A stretch of DNA of 64,000 nucleotides from NCBI RefSeq assembly GCF_004010195.1, contig NC_057719.1:66460066-66524065 (forward strand). The letters are read 5' to 3'. Source of the DNA: Chiloscyllium plagiosum (Eukaryota). Below, in pieces: positions 1 through 12,907 of the stretch. The first letter of the stretch is position 1. Each line of letters starts with the position of its first letter. The notes below the pieces were generated by a model. It ran no database searches. It was not told the DNA's origin and saw only the letters and a list, made by a program, of their open reading frames with translations. Position numbers and translations under genes: made by a program.

Positions 1-309
1 GCTAGCCAAAAACAATGTAATAGATTTTGATGCATCAGTACCTGCCAAATTACATTAAGCTTATTTTTTGGTCATTGTTCAGTTTCCAGAAACCATCCGT
101 GTAGCTGAACATTCTTGTAAAATAAGTTATTTTTTATTTTGAAAATTGTTACCAATATTATTCTGTGGCCAAGCAGGGAATCAACGATTGCAGCATCAAG
201 TTTTACATCGACAACAGTCATGATTTGGAGATGCCGGTGTTGGGACTGGGGTGTACAAAGTTAAAAGTCACACGACACCAGGTTATAGTCCAACAGGTTT
301 AATTGGAAG

Positions 310-344
310 CACTAGCTTTCAGAGTGTGGCTCTTTCATCAGGTG
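310..344 (-). ncRNA. Minimal hammerhead ribozyme motif
   Basis: Minus strand reads cac-CUGAUGA-A-AGAG[CCACA]CUCU-GAAA-GCUA-gug; cac/gug can form a short helix I. Confidence 0.7.
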
Positions 345-356
345 GTTGTGCACAAC

Positions 357-391
357 CACCTGATGAAGGAGCGTCGCTTCGAAAGCTAATG
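357..391 (+). ncRNA. Minimal hammerhead ribozyme motif
   Basis: CUGAUGA(360-366)-A-GGAGC[GUC]GCUUC-GAAA(381-384)-GCUA. Helix III is reduced to the palindrome AGCU. Confidence 0.75.
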
Positions 392-547
392 TGCTTCCAA
401 TTAAACCTGTTGGACTATAACCTGGTGTCGTGTGACTTTTAACTTTGTACATCGACAACAGTTGTTTGATGATATGTAGCAGTCTTGAGTGTGATCATTA
501 ATAGTCTATTGTTAGATATTTTATCAAACACTGCAGGTCAATGCCTT

Positions 548-570
548 TATATATATATATATATATATAT
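548..570. repeat. (TA)n microsatellite
   Basis: Uninterrupted TA run. Confidence 0.95.
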
Positions 571-599
571 GGTTTCTGAACATCCTGTGTTTTTGAGGG

Positions 600-2150
600 T
601 ACCTGAAAAGCAACAAAAACATGTTATTATTAAATGTGTTGTAGAATATGTCCCAGGGCGCTTTCGAGGAGCTGTACCAAACAAAATTTGGCACAAAATC
701 AGGTACAAAAATATTAGTTTGGGTCTTAACAAGGGAAGAAAGATGTAGGGAGGAATTTCCAAGGCTTAGGAATTAGCAATTGCAAGGACAAGTGCTAGCA
801 ATGGTGTGATTAAAAATGAGGGTACTCAGGAGGCCAGAATTGGATGAGTGCAGTCATCTTGAAACGTTTCAGACTGGAGGAGATCGTAGAGGGGATAATG
901 GGTGAGTTCATGGAGACAGCTGGAAACAAGAATGAGCATGTTAAAATTGAGACTTTACATAAACGTGAGCCACTACAGGCTAGATGGTATAAGGAAAACT
1001 GTCGAATGGCACTGGATGTAAATTAAAACTGGGGTATTTGAATGACCTCAAGCTGTACGAGAGAGGACATGAGTTTTGACATTTTGGTCGTTGCCAGTTT
1101 TCCCTAAATCCTTAACAAACACTGAATGCTGGAGAAACTGAGCAGGATTGGCAGCATCTGTGGAGAGAGAAACCGCATTAAATTAGGAGTGCACTGGCTA
1201 AACAAGTCTAGAGGCAACAAAATCACAGATTAAGGTGTCAGGACCACATGAGAAGGTGATTGATGCTATGGAGGTGAAAATAAGTATTTCCAATGATTGC
1301 GCAGATATTTGTTTGGTACGTTCTTTTATGTCAATTATGACATCATCTGTTTCTACATCTGTCAGGGAGTGGGACTTGGTACTAGCTCTGGCAGTTTAAT
1401 GTGGGGATTCAGGGCAGTAGTTGGAGGAAATTCCTGCTCATTAGAGCTAGATATTGGGAACATGGTGTCATAGCATAGAAAACATGCAGGAGCTATGGTT
1501 TATGGGACTGAGATGAAGCTGTATTGGCAACATGCACATAAGATCTGATGCTCTGTTTGCAAATGATATTTTTGAGGCATAGCATGTGGTTGCAAAATAG
1601 GAACAAGCCAACAATAGATCCTGAGTGGACACAAGAAAGAACAATGCAGACAGAGAGGGAGGATGCTGATATGGTTAAGAATGTCAAAGGCTGTAGACAG
1701 GTTGAGAATTATGAGGAGGGAAGGCTGTCTATCACGTAGGATATTATTTCTGCATTTGCCTTTTACACATAGTGATGAGAAAGGCATTGTTAGGAAGGAT
1801 TCAAAATTGGAGGTGTGGGCAATATGGATATGGTATTTCGAAGGCGCTTGTATGTTTAAAGACTTTGGAGTGGAAAAGGACTTTGAGATGCATGACAAAT
1901 TGCAATGAGGGAGGGGTCAGAGTTGGTTTTTGGAAGAGGAGTTGATTTGAAGAGAGGAAAACTGCACATAAGGGGTGAGGAACATTAATGTTGTTGGCTA
2001 ATATAGGAGCCAGGAAGAGAAGTTGGGCGATAGCAGTTTGGTGGAACTGGGGTCAAGACAGCAAGTGGTGGCTCTGACAGACTAAGTTCAACTCAACAAG
2101 GCCCTGTGGGGAGAAATTAAAGAAAGATACTTAATCTGGGATGGGGTGGG
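600..2150 (-). mobile_element. Old L2-clade LINE reverse transcriptase fragment
   Basis: Minus ORF 1500-1898 contains SLLIILNLSTAFDILNH, resembling the L2 RT motif LLILLDLSAAFDTVDH. Many stops; boundaries approximate. Confidence 0.65.
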
Positions 2151-2519
2151 CAGAGGGAATCTTTAGAGGGACACGAAAAGTAAAGTAATACGGATTCCGA
2201 TGAAAGTGGGAAATATTCTGAAACAGTTCTGAGGAAGGACCAGTTTGATGTTGCCTGAAATGCTGAGTTATTCTTGCACCACTTGTTTTGATTTCAGATT
2301 TTCAGCTTCTGCAGTTTTATGTTTATATTTCAGTTGCTTGTGGTTGTTGGAGGCGGAGACCATTGTCGCTAGAGTTGATCAGGACAATAGACCATTCTGC
2401 CCTTCGAGCCTGCACCACCATTCATTATGATCATGGCTGATCATCCTCAATCAGTATCCTGTTCCTGCCTTATCTCCATAACCCTTGATTCCACTATCCT
2501 TGAGAGCTATCCAATTCTT

Positions 2520-2890
2520 GGCCTCCTTGGCCCAGATATTTTCAGTTGCTTTATCAATGACCTCACCTATAGCATAAGATCACAGGTGGAGCTGTTTACT
2601 GATGATTGCATTCCATTCACTATTCATCACCTCATGAAATATTTCATTTCTGTATACAACAAATCCAAAAAACATTCCAACTTGTATTAATAAAAGGAAA
2701 ATAGCATTTATCGTACGCAACTGCCTGTCAATGAGTTTCTCAAACAAAAGAATCTAATCACCTAACCTTGATGTTCAATGGCATTACTATCACTGGGTTC
2801 CAGGCCATTATTGACCAGAAATGTAACTAGACCAGCCACATAAACACAGATACTTTGAACTCCAGTCAGGAGGCTGGGTGTTATGCAGAA
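2520..2890 (+). mobile_element. Non-LTR retrotransposon RT fragment (CR1/L2 group)
   Basis: LGPDIFSCFINDL...VELFTDDC corresponds to the GP..F...INDL and FADD RT motifs. Confidence 0.7.
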
Positions 2891-2894
2891 ACTC

Positions 2895-5050
2895 AGAGTC
2901 ATACAATGCTGAAAAAACCTCCAGCCCATCGACTTTGCTCTGACATAACTAAAGACGTGCTAATCCCAATTTCCTGTAATGTCCAATATCCTTGAATGTT
3001 ATGATATTTGAAGTTCCCATTCAAATATTTTTTAAAAGATTGTAAAGTTTCTGACTTCTATGAACTTCCCAGGCAGTGCATTCCCCATTCCCACCATGCA
3101 CTGAGTGAAAAAGTTTTTTCTCAAATCCGCTCTGAATCTCTAGCCCCTTACCCTAGAATTATGCCACCTTGCGATTGACCCCCTCAACAAAGGGGAACCT
3201 CTATTCACCCTGTCCATACCCTTCATAATCTTGTACATCTCAATCCTAGCCTATCTAGTCTCTCCTTATCTCCTTATAGAGATCCCTCTGTTCCTCTGAG
3301 GTCCCCAGCCTCCTGCCATTCATTAAAAAACTCCTTGATCTTGTTGTTTCTTCCAAAGGTGCATCACCTCACACTTATCAGGGTTAAATGCCATCTGCCA
3401 TTGCTCTATCCATCTGACCAACTCTTCTGCATTCTTCTTCCAACCTATATCATCTTCTTCACTGTTAACCACCCTACCAATCTTGGTGTTGTCTGCAAAC
3501 TTGCTTAACATTCCCTCTGCATTTTAATTTATATCAGTTATGTATATATTCCCTCCTTCAGAATTTTCTCCAATAGTTTCCCTACTTTGATGTGAGACTC
3601 CCCACCCCTCATGACAAGTGCTAGCACATTAGCAGTCCATCATAAATTCTTTGTCTTACGATTGTGTCCTCCTCAACCACCAGCAGCGCTCCGAAAGCTA
3701 CTGCTTCCAATTAAACCTGTTGGACTATAATCTGGTGTTGTGTGATTTTTAATTTTGTACATCCCAGTCCAATACAGCATCTCCAATTCATTCCTCTGGC
3801 ACATCCCTTGTGGCCAGAGAGGAATACAAAATTTGTAACTAAGCTCTTGTAATTTCCTGCCTTGCCTCCCACAGCAGCCTGGGACACAGTTTATGCTGGC
3901 TGGGGTATCTGTCCATTTTTAAGCCTGATGGAGCCTCCAATACCTCCCCATTTCCTATGTCAAAATGTGTAAGTTCCTCACTGTCTCTTTTCCTGAATTC
4001 CATACCTACGGTCTCCCTTTTCCAAGGTGAAGACCAAAGAGAACTATCCATTTAACATCCTATCAATGTCCTGCAACTTCACACACCTGGTTGCCTCTTT
4101 GTTCTTCATGGGCTGTACTCTTTTCCTGGTTGACCGTTTCTTTTTAATGTATTTATGAAATATCTTGTTAGGAAGTTCTTTCTCATGCTCCTTTTTGTTC
4201 TTCATATTGCTTTCTTAATTCCCCTCTTGCACTTTCTATATTTCCATAGGGCTGCAGCTCAATTGCTCCCTTTGGACTTGCTAAAAGCCTTTCTCTTCTT
4301 CCTCATCCAGTTCTGAATTGTCCTAGACATCCAGAGTTCTCTAAACTTCTTGCTGCTACAATTACCCCTAAAGGATGGATCTTGGACCTGTGTACTCCCC
4401 AGCTCTTTTTGAATGCTTCCCACTGCTCTGTAAACTTACCCACAAGGCACTGTTCCCAGTTAACTTTGCCCAGGTCCTATTTTATTGTAGTAAACTTTCC
4501 CCCGATTCAAAGCCATCTTTTGCAGGCCATCGTTTTCCTTGTCCTGAACAAATTTGCTAAAACATTCCCCCACTGCCACATCCAACATTTGCCCAGCTTT
4601 CCCCCCCAGAAATGGACCCAGCACTGCGCCGTCTCTTGTTGGGCCTTCTGCATATAAAATACAAAAAAGCTCCCATGGATACATTCAGGAAATCCATGAC
4701 TATCCCAGTTTATACTGGGAAAGTTGAAATCCCCAAGTACAATTACCCAATTATTTGGCTTACTGACCTCTGTGAACAGCCTACATATTTGCTGCTCTAT
4801 TTCCTGCTGACAGTTTGGGGCCTAAAATACACTCTCAGTACAATGGCTGCCCCCTTGCCATTCCCACATCCATAATGCATCCACAAAGCTCATTTGGGGA
4901 CACTTCCAAGATATCATCTTACTGCAGTAATTGACTCCGTAATTAATAGTGCTACACAACCACTCTTTTTCACCTCCTCCTCTGTCTCATCTAAAGATCC
5001 TAAACCCCAGAATGTTATGTTGCCAGTTCAGCAGTTCCCTCAGCCATGTG
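2895..5050 (-). mobile_element. Decayed CR1 LINE ORF2 and 3' end
   Basis: SKFADNTKIGRVVNSEED...WQMAFNPDKCEVMH (3323-3511) and LKMDRYPSQHKLCPRLLWEARQEI (3839-4051) are CR1 ORF2 motifs. Confidence 0.85.
3681..3790 (+). mobile_element. Family A Penelope-derived fragment truncated inside the hammerhead motif
   Basis: gcagcgctccgaaagcta...ttaaacctgttggactataa matches the 361-450 arm; the CUGAUGA part is absent. Confidence 0.75.
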
Positions 5051-7666
5051 TCTGTGATGTCTCACCTTGTGACTGTCTAATGCTTCTCCATCAGCTTGAG
5101 GACATAGCTGGTTTGTGGTTCGGCTGGATACTGCTGCAGTAACACACTAGATGCTTGATCAGACCATCCAGAACATAGAAGACCATTCATTGTTAGATTT
5201 TTCTTTGCATTGTAAAAGGCAGTCTTTTAAGAGGTGCTGGCTGCCTTTAAAAGCTGATATTGATGTGTATTGTCTGATTGACAAGCTGCCAATTCATGAA
5301 TAATGCTGGCAACTTGTCAATTGTAATCAAAGGAAGGATTTGTGTGTGTCCCCCCCCTTTGATGCAATCAAACCTGTTTTCTCCCCTTTTCTGGTGTTGC
5401 ATTTCTCTTTCAGACTGCCCAAACTTTTCCCAGTTCTTATACTCAATAGAAATGGGTGAGGGTTGTCTGATCAATCTGGATTGGATTGTAAACAAGACCC
5501 AAGTGATGAAGAGATATGTTCTCAAATTCACTCTACAATGCAGTTACTTCTCCATTTAGACATTTGTTGTGTCATGTGTTAATTGCGGAGTCCCAATGTT
5601 TATTTAAGATCCTATCTCATGTTTATATGAGACAAGTTCAGGAGTTCTGCAAAGCTTTTGAATAAAGCTTCCAATTGTTAAATATTTTGGTTTTGTGGTT
5701 CAGGCTGCAATGCTTCATAACATTTGGTCAGAGACCCTTTTATGGCAAATAACTATAAAATGATGGCTTAATACCGAGTGGAATCAAGCCAGTAAGTGGA
5801 GACATCTTTTCTTCACTTTGTGATTCAAAGTTGTTTGAGATACGGTTGTCAATGCAACTTGAGTAATGTCAGGGCATTTCACTCAGGATTTTGAAGTTAA
5901 AATTGTTTGCTGGTTAAGATTTTTGGTTTGAACTGCTGTCACAGATCACTAGATGTCACTAAACATCAATCTGTTGAACAAGGGCTTGTCATTTCTAATA
6001 AACCTTTCTAGGACTGAAGCAAGTATCAGCATTATACTTGTAGAAGGAACTATGTAGTAAAACGTGCAACTTCACAGAAGCATTGTACATAATACATTGA
6101 CTGTAAAAGTTAATAGAATCACAGGATTGTTATGGTGTTGAGGTTCTTCAGCCCATCATTTCCAGCACCAGAACTTTCTCAAGAAGAATGCTCAACTTCA
6201 TATTTTGAAACTGTTACCTCAAGTTCTAGATTTTGAAGCTAGAGGAACATTCACCCAACATCCACCTGTTAAACCATTCTGCATAATCTATTTTCAGACA
6301 AACATATGTGTCATAAGCAGGAGTAGGCTATTCAGTAAGGTCATAAGTTGTAACTGATCTGATGACTCCAAATTCCCCACTATCCCAATAACCTTTCAGT
6401 CCATCTCATCACGAATGATGTAATACTGCCTTAAAAAATTCACAAGTCTGAGTCCACCGTCTTTTGATGAAGAGAATTTCAAAGACTCTGAACCCTCAGT
6501 GAGAAAATAAATTTTCTTCATCTCTGTCTTAAATGAGTGACCTCTTATTTTGTTAACAGTGACCCCCAGTTCTAGGTTCTCCAACATAAGGGCATGTCTT
6601 TCCGCATCCACACACTCGAGATGACTCGGGACTTTCTATATTTCTGCCAAGTTGTCTTTTACTCTTCCGACTTCCAGCAAATTCGGAACTACCTTGTCCA
6701 ATCCTCCTTTTAACGTGGAAATTCAGTTATGAAATGAATGCTAACATTGCGTTTGCTTTCTTAACTGCCAACTGAATTTGCATGTTAATCTTAATCCTGA
6801 ACTAACACTCTGAAGTCCCTTTATGCTAAAAATTTGTGAAGCCTTTCCCTTTTTAGAAAATAGAATACGTCTCCATTCTTCACACCAAAGTGCATAACCT
6901 CAGACTTTCCCACATTATATTCCATTTGCCACTTATTTGCCTACTCTCTTAGCCCGTCCAAGTCTTTCTACAGTCCATGCTGCCTCAACACTACCTTCCT
7001 TCCACCTAACTTTGTGTCATCTGCAAACTTAGTGACAATACCCTCAGTTCTTTCGTTGAGATTATGAATGTATAATGTGAATACTTGTGGATCCCAACAG
7101 AGACCTCTGCAGAGCACCACTAGTCATTGGTTGTCATCCTGAAAAGACTCTTTATCCTCACTCTCTCCATTCTGCAGCCAATCCTCTATACATGGCAGTA
7201 CCTTGCCCCTAACACCATGGGGTCTTAATTTATTTATCAGCCTCCTATATGGGACCTTGTCAAAGGCCTTCTAGAAATCCAAATAGATCATGTCCACTGG
7301 CTCTCCTTTGTCTAAATTGCTTGTTACCTCCTCAAAGAATTCTAACAGATTGGTCAGGCATAGCATCCCCTTGATGAAGCCATGTTGACCTAACCCTATT
7401 TTACCATGCACTTCCAAGTACTCCACCATTTCATCCTTAATAATGAGCTCCAAGACCTTATCAATAACCGAGGCTAATAAGTCAAGCTAACTGACTTATT
7501 ATTTCTGGTCTTCTGCCTTCATAAACAGGGGTATGACTTTGGCCATTTTCCAATCCACTGGTGCCCTCCCTGACTGTAATGATTCCTGAAAGATCACCAA
7601 TGCCTCCACAATCTCCTCAGCTGGCTCCTTCAGAGCTCTGGCATGTAGGCCATCTGGTTCAGGTGA

Positions 7667-7780
7667 GGTAAAAACAACTAGGTATTCCTGATGAAGGGCT
7701 TTTGCCTGAAACGTCAATTTTCCTGCTCCTTGGATGCTGCCTGACCAGCTGTGCTTTTCCAGCACCACTCTAATCTAGAC
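7667..7780 (+). mobile_element. Family B Penelope-derived insertion with hammerhead motif (7688-7715)
   Basis: CUGAUGA-A-GGGC[UUUU]GCCU-GAAA-CGUC. 14-bp TSD tctggttcaggtga at 7653-7666 and 7781-7794, inside a CR1. Confidence 0.8.
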
Positions 7781-8879
7781 TCTGGTTCAGGTGATATGTC
7801 CATCTTCAGACCTTTTAGCTTCCCCAGCATCCTCTCCTTAGTGATAGCCACCTATCATCTCTGCTCTCTGACTCTTGAAGTTCTGGTATGCTGCTGGTGT
7901 CTTCCACTGTCAAAACCGATGCAAAGTACATGTTCCGTTCCTCTGCCATTTCTTTATTTCCAACTTCTACTTCTCTAGTCTCACTTTCCAGTGATTAAAT
8001 GTCCAGTCTTGCCTCCTTGTTACCTTTCAGCTATCTAAAAATAATCTTTTGCAGTCTTTCTTTTACTAGCTGGTTTCATATTTCATATTCTCCTATTTCA
8101 TCTTCTCCACCTTTATTGCTTTTCTGGTAATCCTCTGTTGGTTTTTAAAGGTTTCCCAATCCTTTACCTTCCTATTAATCTTTATCACATTGTAAGCTTT
8201 TTCTTTGGCTTCTATCTGTCCCTGACTTCCCTTGTCAGCCATGTCCCTTGCCTTGTCCTCCCTTTAAAATGTTGCTTTTTCCTTGGAATGAATTTTTGCT
8301 GTACCTCCTGCAATATCCCCAGAACCTCCTGCCATTACTGCTCCACTGTCTTTCCTGCTAAACTCCTCCCTCATATCTTTGTAGTTACCTTTTACTCAAT
8401 TGTAGTACTGTTCCATCTGATTTTAAGCTTTTCACTCTCAAACTTCAGGGTGAATTCTATCATACTATGGTCAATGCCCCCCTAAGGATTCATTCACCTT
8501 AAGCTCCCTAATTACGTCTACCTTATTACACATCACCAAATCTACAATTGCCTGTTCTCCAGTGGGCTGGACCACAAGCTGTTCCATAAACCTTCTTGTA
8601 AACATTCCACAAATTCCTTTTCTTGAGATCTGCTAGCAACCTGATTTTCCCAGTCCACCTGCATATTGAAGTCCACCATGCTTATTGTGATAGCGCTTTT
8701 CTTATATGCTCTTTCTATCTCTTGATTTATTTTCTTCCCCACTTCCTGACTACTGCTAGGAGGCCTGTACACAACTGTCATCAGTCTTTTTCCTTTTGAG
8801 GTTCCTCAACTCTATCCACACAGATTCTACACCTTCCTGTTTGTTATCACATCAGTGATTTAGATGAGACTGTACAAGG

Positions 8880-9957
8880 CATGATTAGCTGATGACACTA
8901 AAAAAGGTGGCATTGTGGACAGTGAAGAAGGCTATCAGAAATTGCAGCAGGACCTTGATCAGCTGAGGAAGTGCACTGAGAAATGGCAAATAGAGTTTAA
9001 TATAAATAAATGTGAGCTCTTGCTTTTTGGAAAGTCAAATCAAGGTAGGAGTTTCATGGTGAATGGTAGGGCCTTAAGAAGTGTAGTGGAATAGAGGGAT
9101 CTTGGAGTTCAGGTTCACAGTTCTCTGAAAGTGGAGTCACAGGTAAACAGGGGAGTGAAGAAGGCTTTTGGCACACTGGCCTTAGTCAGTCACGGCATTG
9201 ATTATAGAAGTTGGGAAGGTATGTTGCAGTTGAACAGGATGTTGGTGAGGCCACACGTGGGGTATTGTGTTCAGTTTTGGTCACCTTGTTATAGGAAGTT
9301 AAAAATCACACAAAACCAGGTTATAGTCCAACAGATTTATTTAGAAGCGTGAGCTTTTGGAGCATGTGGTTGTGAAGGAGCAGTGCTCCGAAAGCTGGTG
9401 CTTCCAAATAAACCTGTTGGACTATAATCTGGTGTTGTGTGATTTTTTTAACCTTGTACATCCCAGTCCAACACCGATGTCTCCAAATCATTGTTTTAGG
9501 AAGGATTTAATTAAACTGAAAAGAGTGCAGAAGGAATTTACAAGGATGTTGCCTGCATTCAACAGTCTGAGATCTAGGGAGAGGTTGGTTATGCTAGGAC
9601 TCTTTTCTTTATAGTGTAGGAGACTGAGGGGGGAACTTATAGAGGTGTATAAGAGCATGAGAGGCATGGATCTCAGTCTTTTTCCTAGGGTTGGGGAATC
9701 GAGGATTAGAGGGTATCAGTTTATGGTTATAGGGGAAAGAATAAAAGGAAACCTGAGAGGCAAACTTTTTACACAAACCACTCCCAGCAGAAGTGGTTAA
9801 CAAAATTTAAAGGCTTTTGGACAAATACATGGATAGGAAAGGATGAGAAAGATATGGGCCAAGTGCAGGGAAATGGGGATAGCATGGACAGACATTTTAG
9901 TCGGCATGGACCAGTTTGGGCCAAAGGGCCCGTCTCCATGCTGTAGGACTCTGTCAC
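8880..9957 (+). mobile_element. CR1 LINE 3' fragment nested in the minus-strand CR1
   Basis: ADDTK...LVRPHVGYCVQFWSPCY...KRVQKEFTRMLP, followed by the 3' tail gggccaaagggcccgtctccatgctgta. Confidence 0.85.
9299..9490. mobile_element. Family A Penelope-derived foldback with damaged hammerhead core
   Basis: Inverted arms matching 252-451. TSD ttgtt(a/t)taggaag at 9286-9298 and 9491-9503. Retains GGAGC[AGU]GCUCC-GAAA-GCU. Confidence 0.8.
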
Positions 9958-10049
9958 TTCTTGTTTTTGATTGAATTTCATTTCTTACAAACAAGGCAGC
10001 CCCAACCTCTCTGCCCATCTGCCTGTCCTTTCAATAGGATGTGTTTATT

Positions 10050-10381
10050 CTTTATTCATTCATTGGATGAGAACATCACTGGCTAGGCCAGCATTTATTG
10101 CCCATCCCTAATTGAGGGCAGTTAAGAGTCAACCACATTGCTGTGGGTCTGGAATCATATGTAGGCCAGCAGTTTCCTTCCTTAAAGGACATGAGTGATC
10201 CAGATGGGATTTTCCAATAATCTATAATGGATTCACAGTCATTAGACTCTTAATTTCAGATTTTTGTTGAATTCAAATTCCCCTGTCTGCCATGGCGGGA
10301 TTTGAATCCAAATCCCCAGAACATGACCTGGGTCTCTGGATTAACAGTCAAGCGATAATATCAGTAGACCATCGCCTCCCC
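10050..10381 (-). mobile_element. tRNA-derived SINE, second family (not HE1)
   Basis: Minus strand starts gggaggcgatggtctactg... with B-box-like ggattcaaatccc. The body matches 22808-23260, and a more decayed copy lies near 34985-35210. Confidence 0.7.
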
Positions 10382-10399
10382 TGGATATTCACCTCCCAG

Positions 10400-10610
10400 G
10401 CAAAAGCAAGGACTGCAGATGCTGGAGCTTAGAGTTGAGACTGTAGAGCTGGAAAAACACAGCAGGTCAGGCAGCATCCAAGGAGCTGGAGAATCGACGT
10501 TTCGGGCAAAAGCCCTTCATCAGGAATGAGGCTGTGAGGCAAGGAGGTGGTGAGAAAACTGGGATGGGGTACTTTCCCCACGGCCCCACTCCCCTCCTGT
10601 TTAGTTCCCA
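10400..10610 (-). mobile_element. Family B Penelope-derived element
   Basis: Same arm sequence as 7688-7780, 18658-18885 and 31404-31527. Confidence 0.8.
10496..10523 (-). ncRNA. Intact minimal hammerhead ribozyme motif
   Basis: Minus strand reads CUGAUGA-A-GGGC[UUUU]GCCC-GAAA-CGUC: perfect stem II, palindromic ACGU helix III, GUC cleavage triplet. Confidence 0.8.
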
Positions 10611-12753
10611 GCCCTAATCCTCTTAAAGCCATATCTCTGTTATACCCATGACATCATACCTGCCAATTTCAATCTGCACTAAAGCTATTTACCTTCTTTC
10701 ATATACTGCATGAATTTAAGTATAACACCCTCAATCCTGCGCTGACCGTTTTCCTTCTCAGAGTTGTCCCCTTATCTGCTGTGCCTGAAATTAGATTCCT
10801 GACCCTTTCCAAACTCTGTCTTATTCCTTGTTCTGGAAACTTTGATAACTGCTGTTAAGTCCTCCTCCCCTTCATGTTTTCCATGGAGCTGAAAATCCTG
10901 GACTATTTAGTTCAAAGCCCTGTCCACAGCCCTAGTTACGTGCTTTGCCAGGACTCTGGTCTCAGCATGATTCAGGTACAGCCTGTCCCATTGGAACAAC
11001 TCCCTCCTTCCCCAATATTGGTTACGTTTCCCTTTTCTCCCTTCTGCTGAATGGCTCTCTGTACCGCGGTGCTATTGTCAGTTTGCACGTCCTCCCTAGG
11101 GCCCCCCCTTATCCACACAGGGAGCAAGAATCTCAAACCTGCTAGTCTCAAGGGTTGAGACTCCTTCAGCACTACCTCCTGGTTTCATCTACTTGCCTTA
11201 CTTATAGTCACACCCTTCTGTTCCTGACCACTGACCAAATTCGAGGTAGTTAATCTTCAGGGTGTAACTGCTCCTGAGTACAGTGTCCAGATAACTCTCC
11301 CTCCCTGATGTGTCGCAGTGTTAAAAGCTCAAACTCCAGCTCATCAACTGTGAGCTGGAATTCCTCGAGTAACCGACACTTGCGATAGATGTGATCACAA
11401 TGAAGCACAATGGAATTCATCGGTTCCCACATTATGCAGTTAGAGCACATCGGCTGGTCTGGCATATTTATTTAACTTATTTAGTTCTTAATAAAGGCCA
11501 ACATAACATTTGCATTCCTAATTGCTTATTGCATTACAGTAACTTCCTGCTCTTTGTACACAAAGACAGTCAGATCCCTGTATATCAATATTTCTCAGTT
11601 TCTCACTTTGCTGTTTTGGTTACAAAATTGTTAAATATGTCATTTGATCAGATTTATGCTGTTCTGGTGCATAGGTTTTGATAGTTTTCCTTAAGGAGCT
11701 GTGATAATGTGGTGGAATGCATGATTATCTTTATCACGGGGTTGGAGGTTATGGATTTGCCACCTTGATTCTCCGTATGCCAGATTTCTGCCATAATATA
11801 GTCAGCTGGAGTTTGAAGTCAGACCATTCTCCACAAGGAAGACATTAAAATCGAGTCATTGCTGTTGTTTCTGTGCATGTCATCTTAACTGGTTACAGAA
11901 TTTCGCTGCCAGAGGCCTACTTTCTTGGCAAGCAATTGTGCGTGATATTGAAGAAAGGAGTCTGGAGTAATTAGCTTAAAATCGTGAATGAAATTCAAAT
12001 TACAAAGTAAAAGTTAACAAAAATGACTTGCAGATCTCTGACTCAGCAAACTCAGAGACTGCTCTAATTCTGTTTGCTTTGTGCCTTGGGAGAGAATGGC
12101 TCATTTAAACAACAAGGAAAATAATTAGAAGGAAATGGAATGGGTTAGAAAAATGTGGAATAAAGAAGATATACTTTCATGTGACAGTGGAGGAAGTATA
12201 TCAGCCCAATCTCTATTTTGAAGAAGATTGTGTTGTGGCATGTTGCAGGAATTTACAAAAAAATTCTGTGTGTTTACATGTCAGACTGGATATTTTTCTC
12301 GGGCTTATCAATGTTCAAAATGAACTAAAACTGAGCTAATAGCTTCAAAAAACAATAAAGGTAAAAGTTTATCCTGAATAAATTGAAAAAGGTAATTTAG
12401 TTTGAAGTACTGCGTGACCTGGAGTTGTAACTTACTTTATATGTGAACACAACATATTCTGCACTTGTATTGATGTCCATATATTTAACTGAAATTTATC
12501 CGGATATATCAAATCTGGAGTTTTCTGTTTCCATTTCTGCATCTCCCTACCTTGCCTTCAAACTTGCATCTTTGTCCTAGTTTTTGGGCCCAGCCTTAAT
12601 ATTTCTTTTTATGTGATGCACTGTCAAATTTTGTGTGATAGTGTTTCCATGAAGCACCTATTACTATATAAAAGGCACGATTTAAATGCAAATTGTTCAT
12701 GGTGCTGGAGCAATAAATAAACAGAGTCAAACTTAAACAAATTGTTTTAAATG

Positions 12754-12907
12754 CAGAACAACCTTGTTTATCCAAAAGAAACAGGCAGGAAGTATTTTGT
12801 TTGGATAACTGATTGGATAATGGATAGCATTTTTACAGGACCTTGAGATGTTGTTCAGGTAACCCGAAATTCGGATAATTGATGTTCGGGTAATCAAGGT
12901 TATTCTG
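12754..12907. mobile_element. Tc1/mariner (pogo/Tigger-like) MITE
   Basis: Imperfect TIRs cagaacaaccttg...caaggttattctg followed by TA, with internal ggataa repeats. Related to 27151-27324 in the opposite orientation. Confidence 0.6.

Larger units (their letters stand above)
219..447. mobile_element. Penelope-derived foldback element (family A) with two hammerhead motifs
   Basis: Near-perfect inverted repeat about 252-350 / 351-451, centre gttgtg|cacaac. Flanking 15-bp direct repeat tacatcgacaacagt at 204-218 and 448-462. Confidence 0.85.
6300..11480 (-). mobile_element. Near full-length decayed CR1 LINE with nested insertions
   Basis: ORF1-like N-terminus CSNCIMWE...KCRLLEEFQLTVDELE (11250-11465), endonuclease VVYRPPSS...DFN (8542-8781), RT QHGFIKG..CLTNLLEFFEEVT...DMIYLDF (7271-7453), 3' end near 6300. 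Confidence 0.85.

Noticed and set aside
219..447. Foldback elements interpreted as DNA-transposon MITEs or pre-miRNAs
   Set aside because: Asymmetric arms, variable 11-17 bp TSDs, single-arm copies and linkage to a PLE RT favour a retroelement origin.
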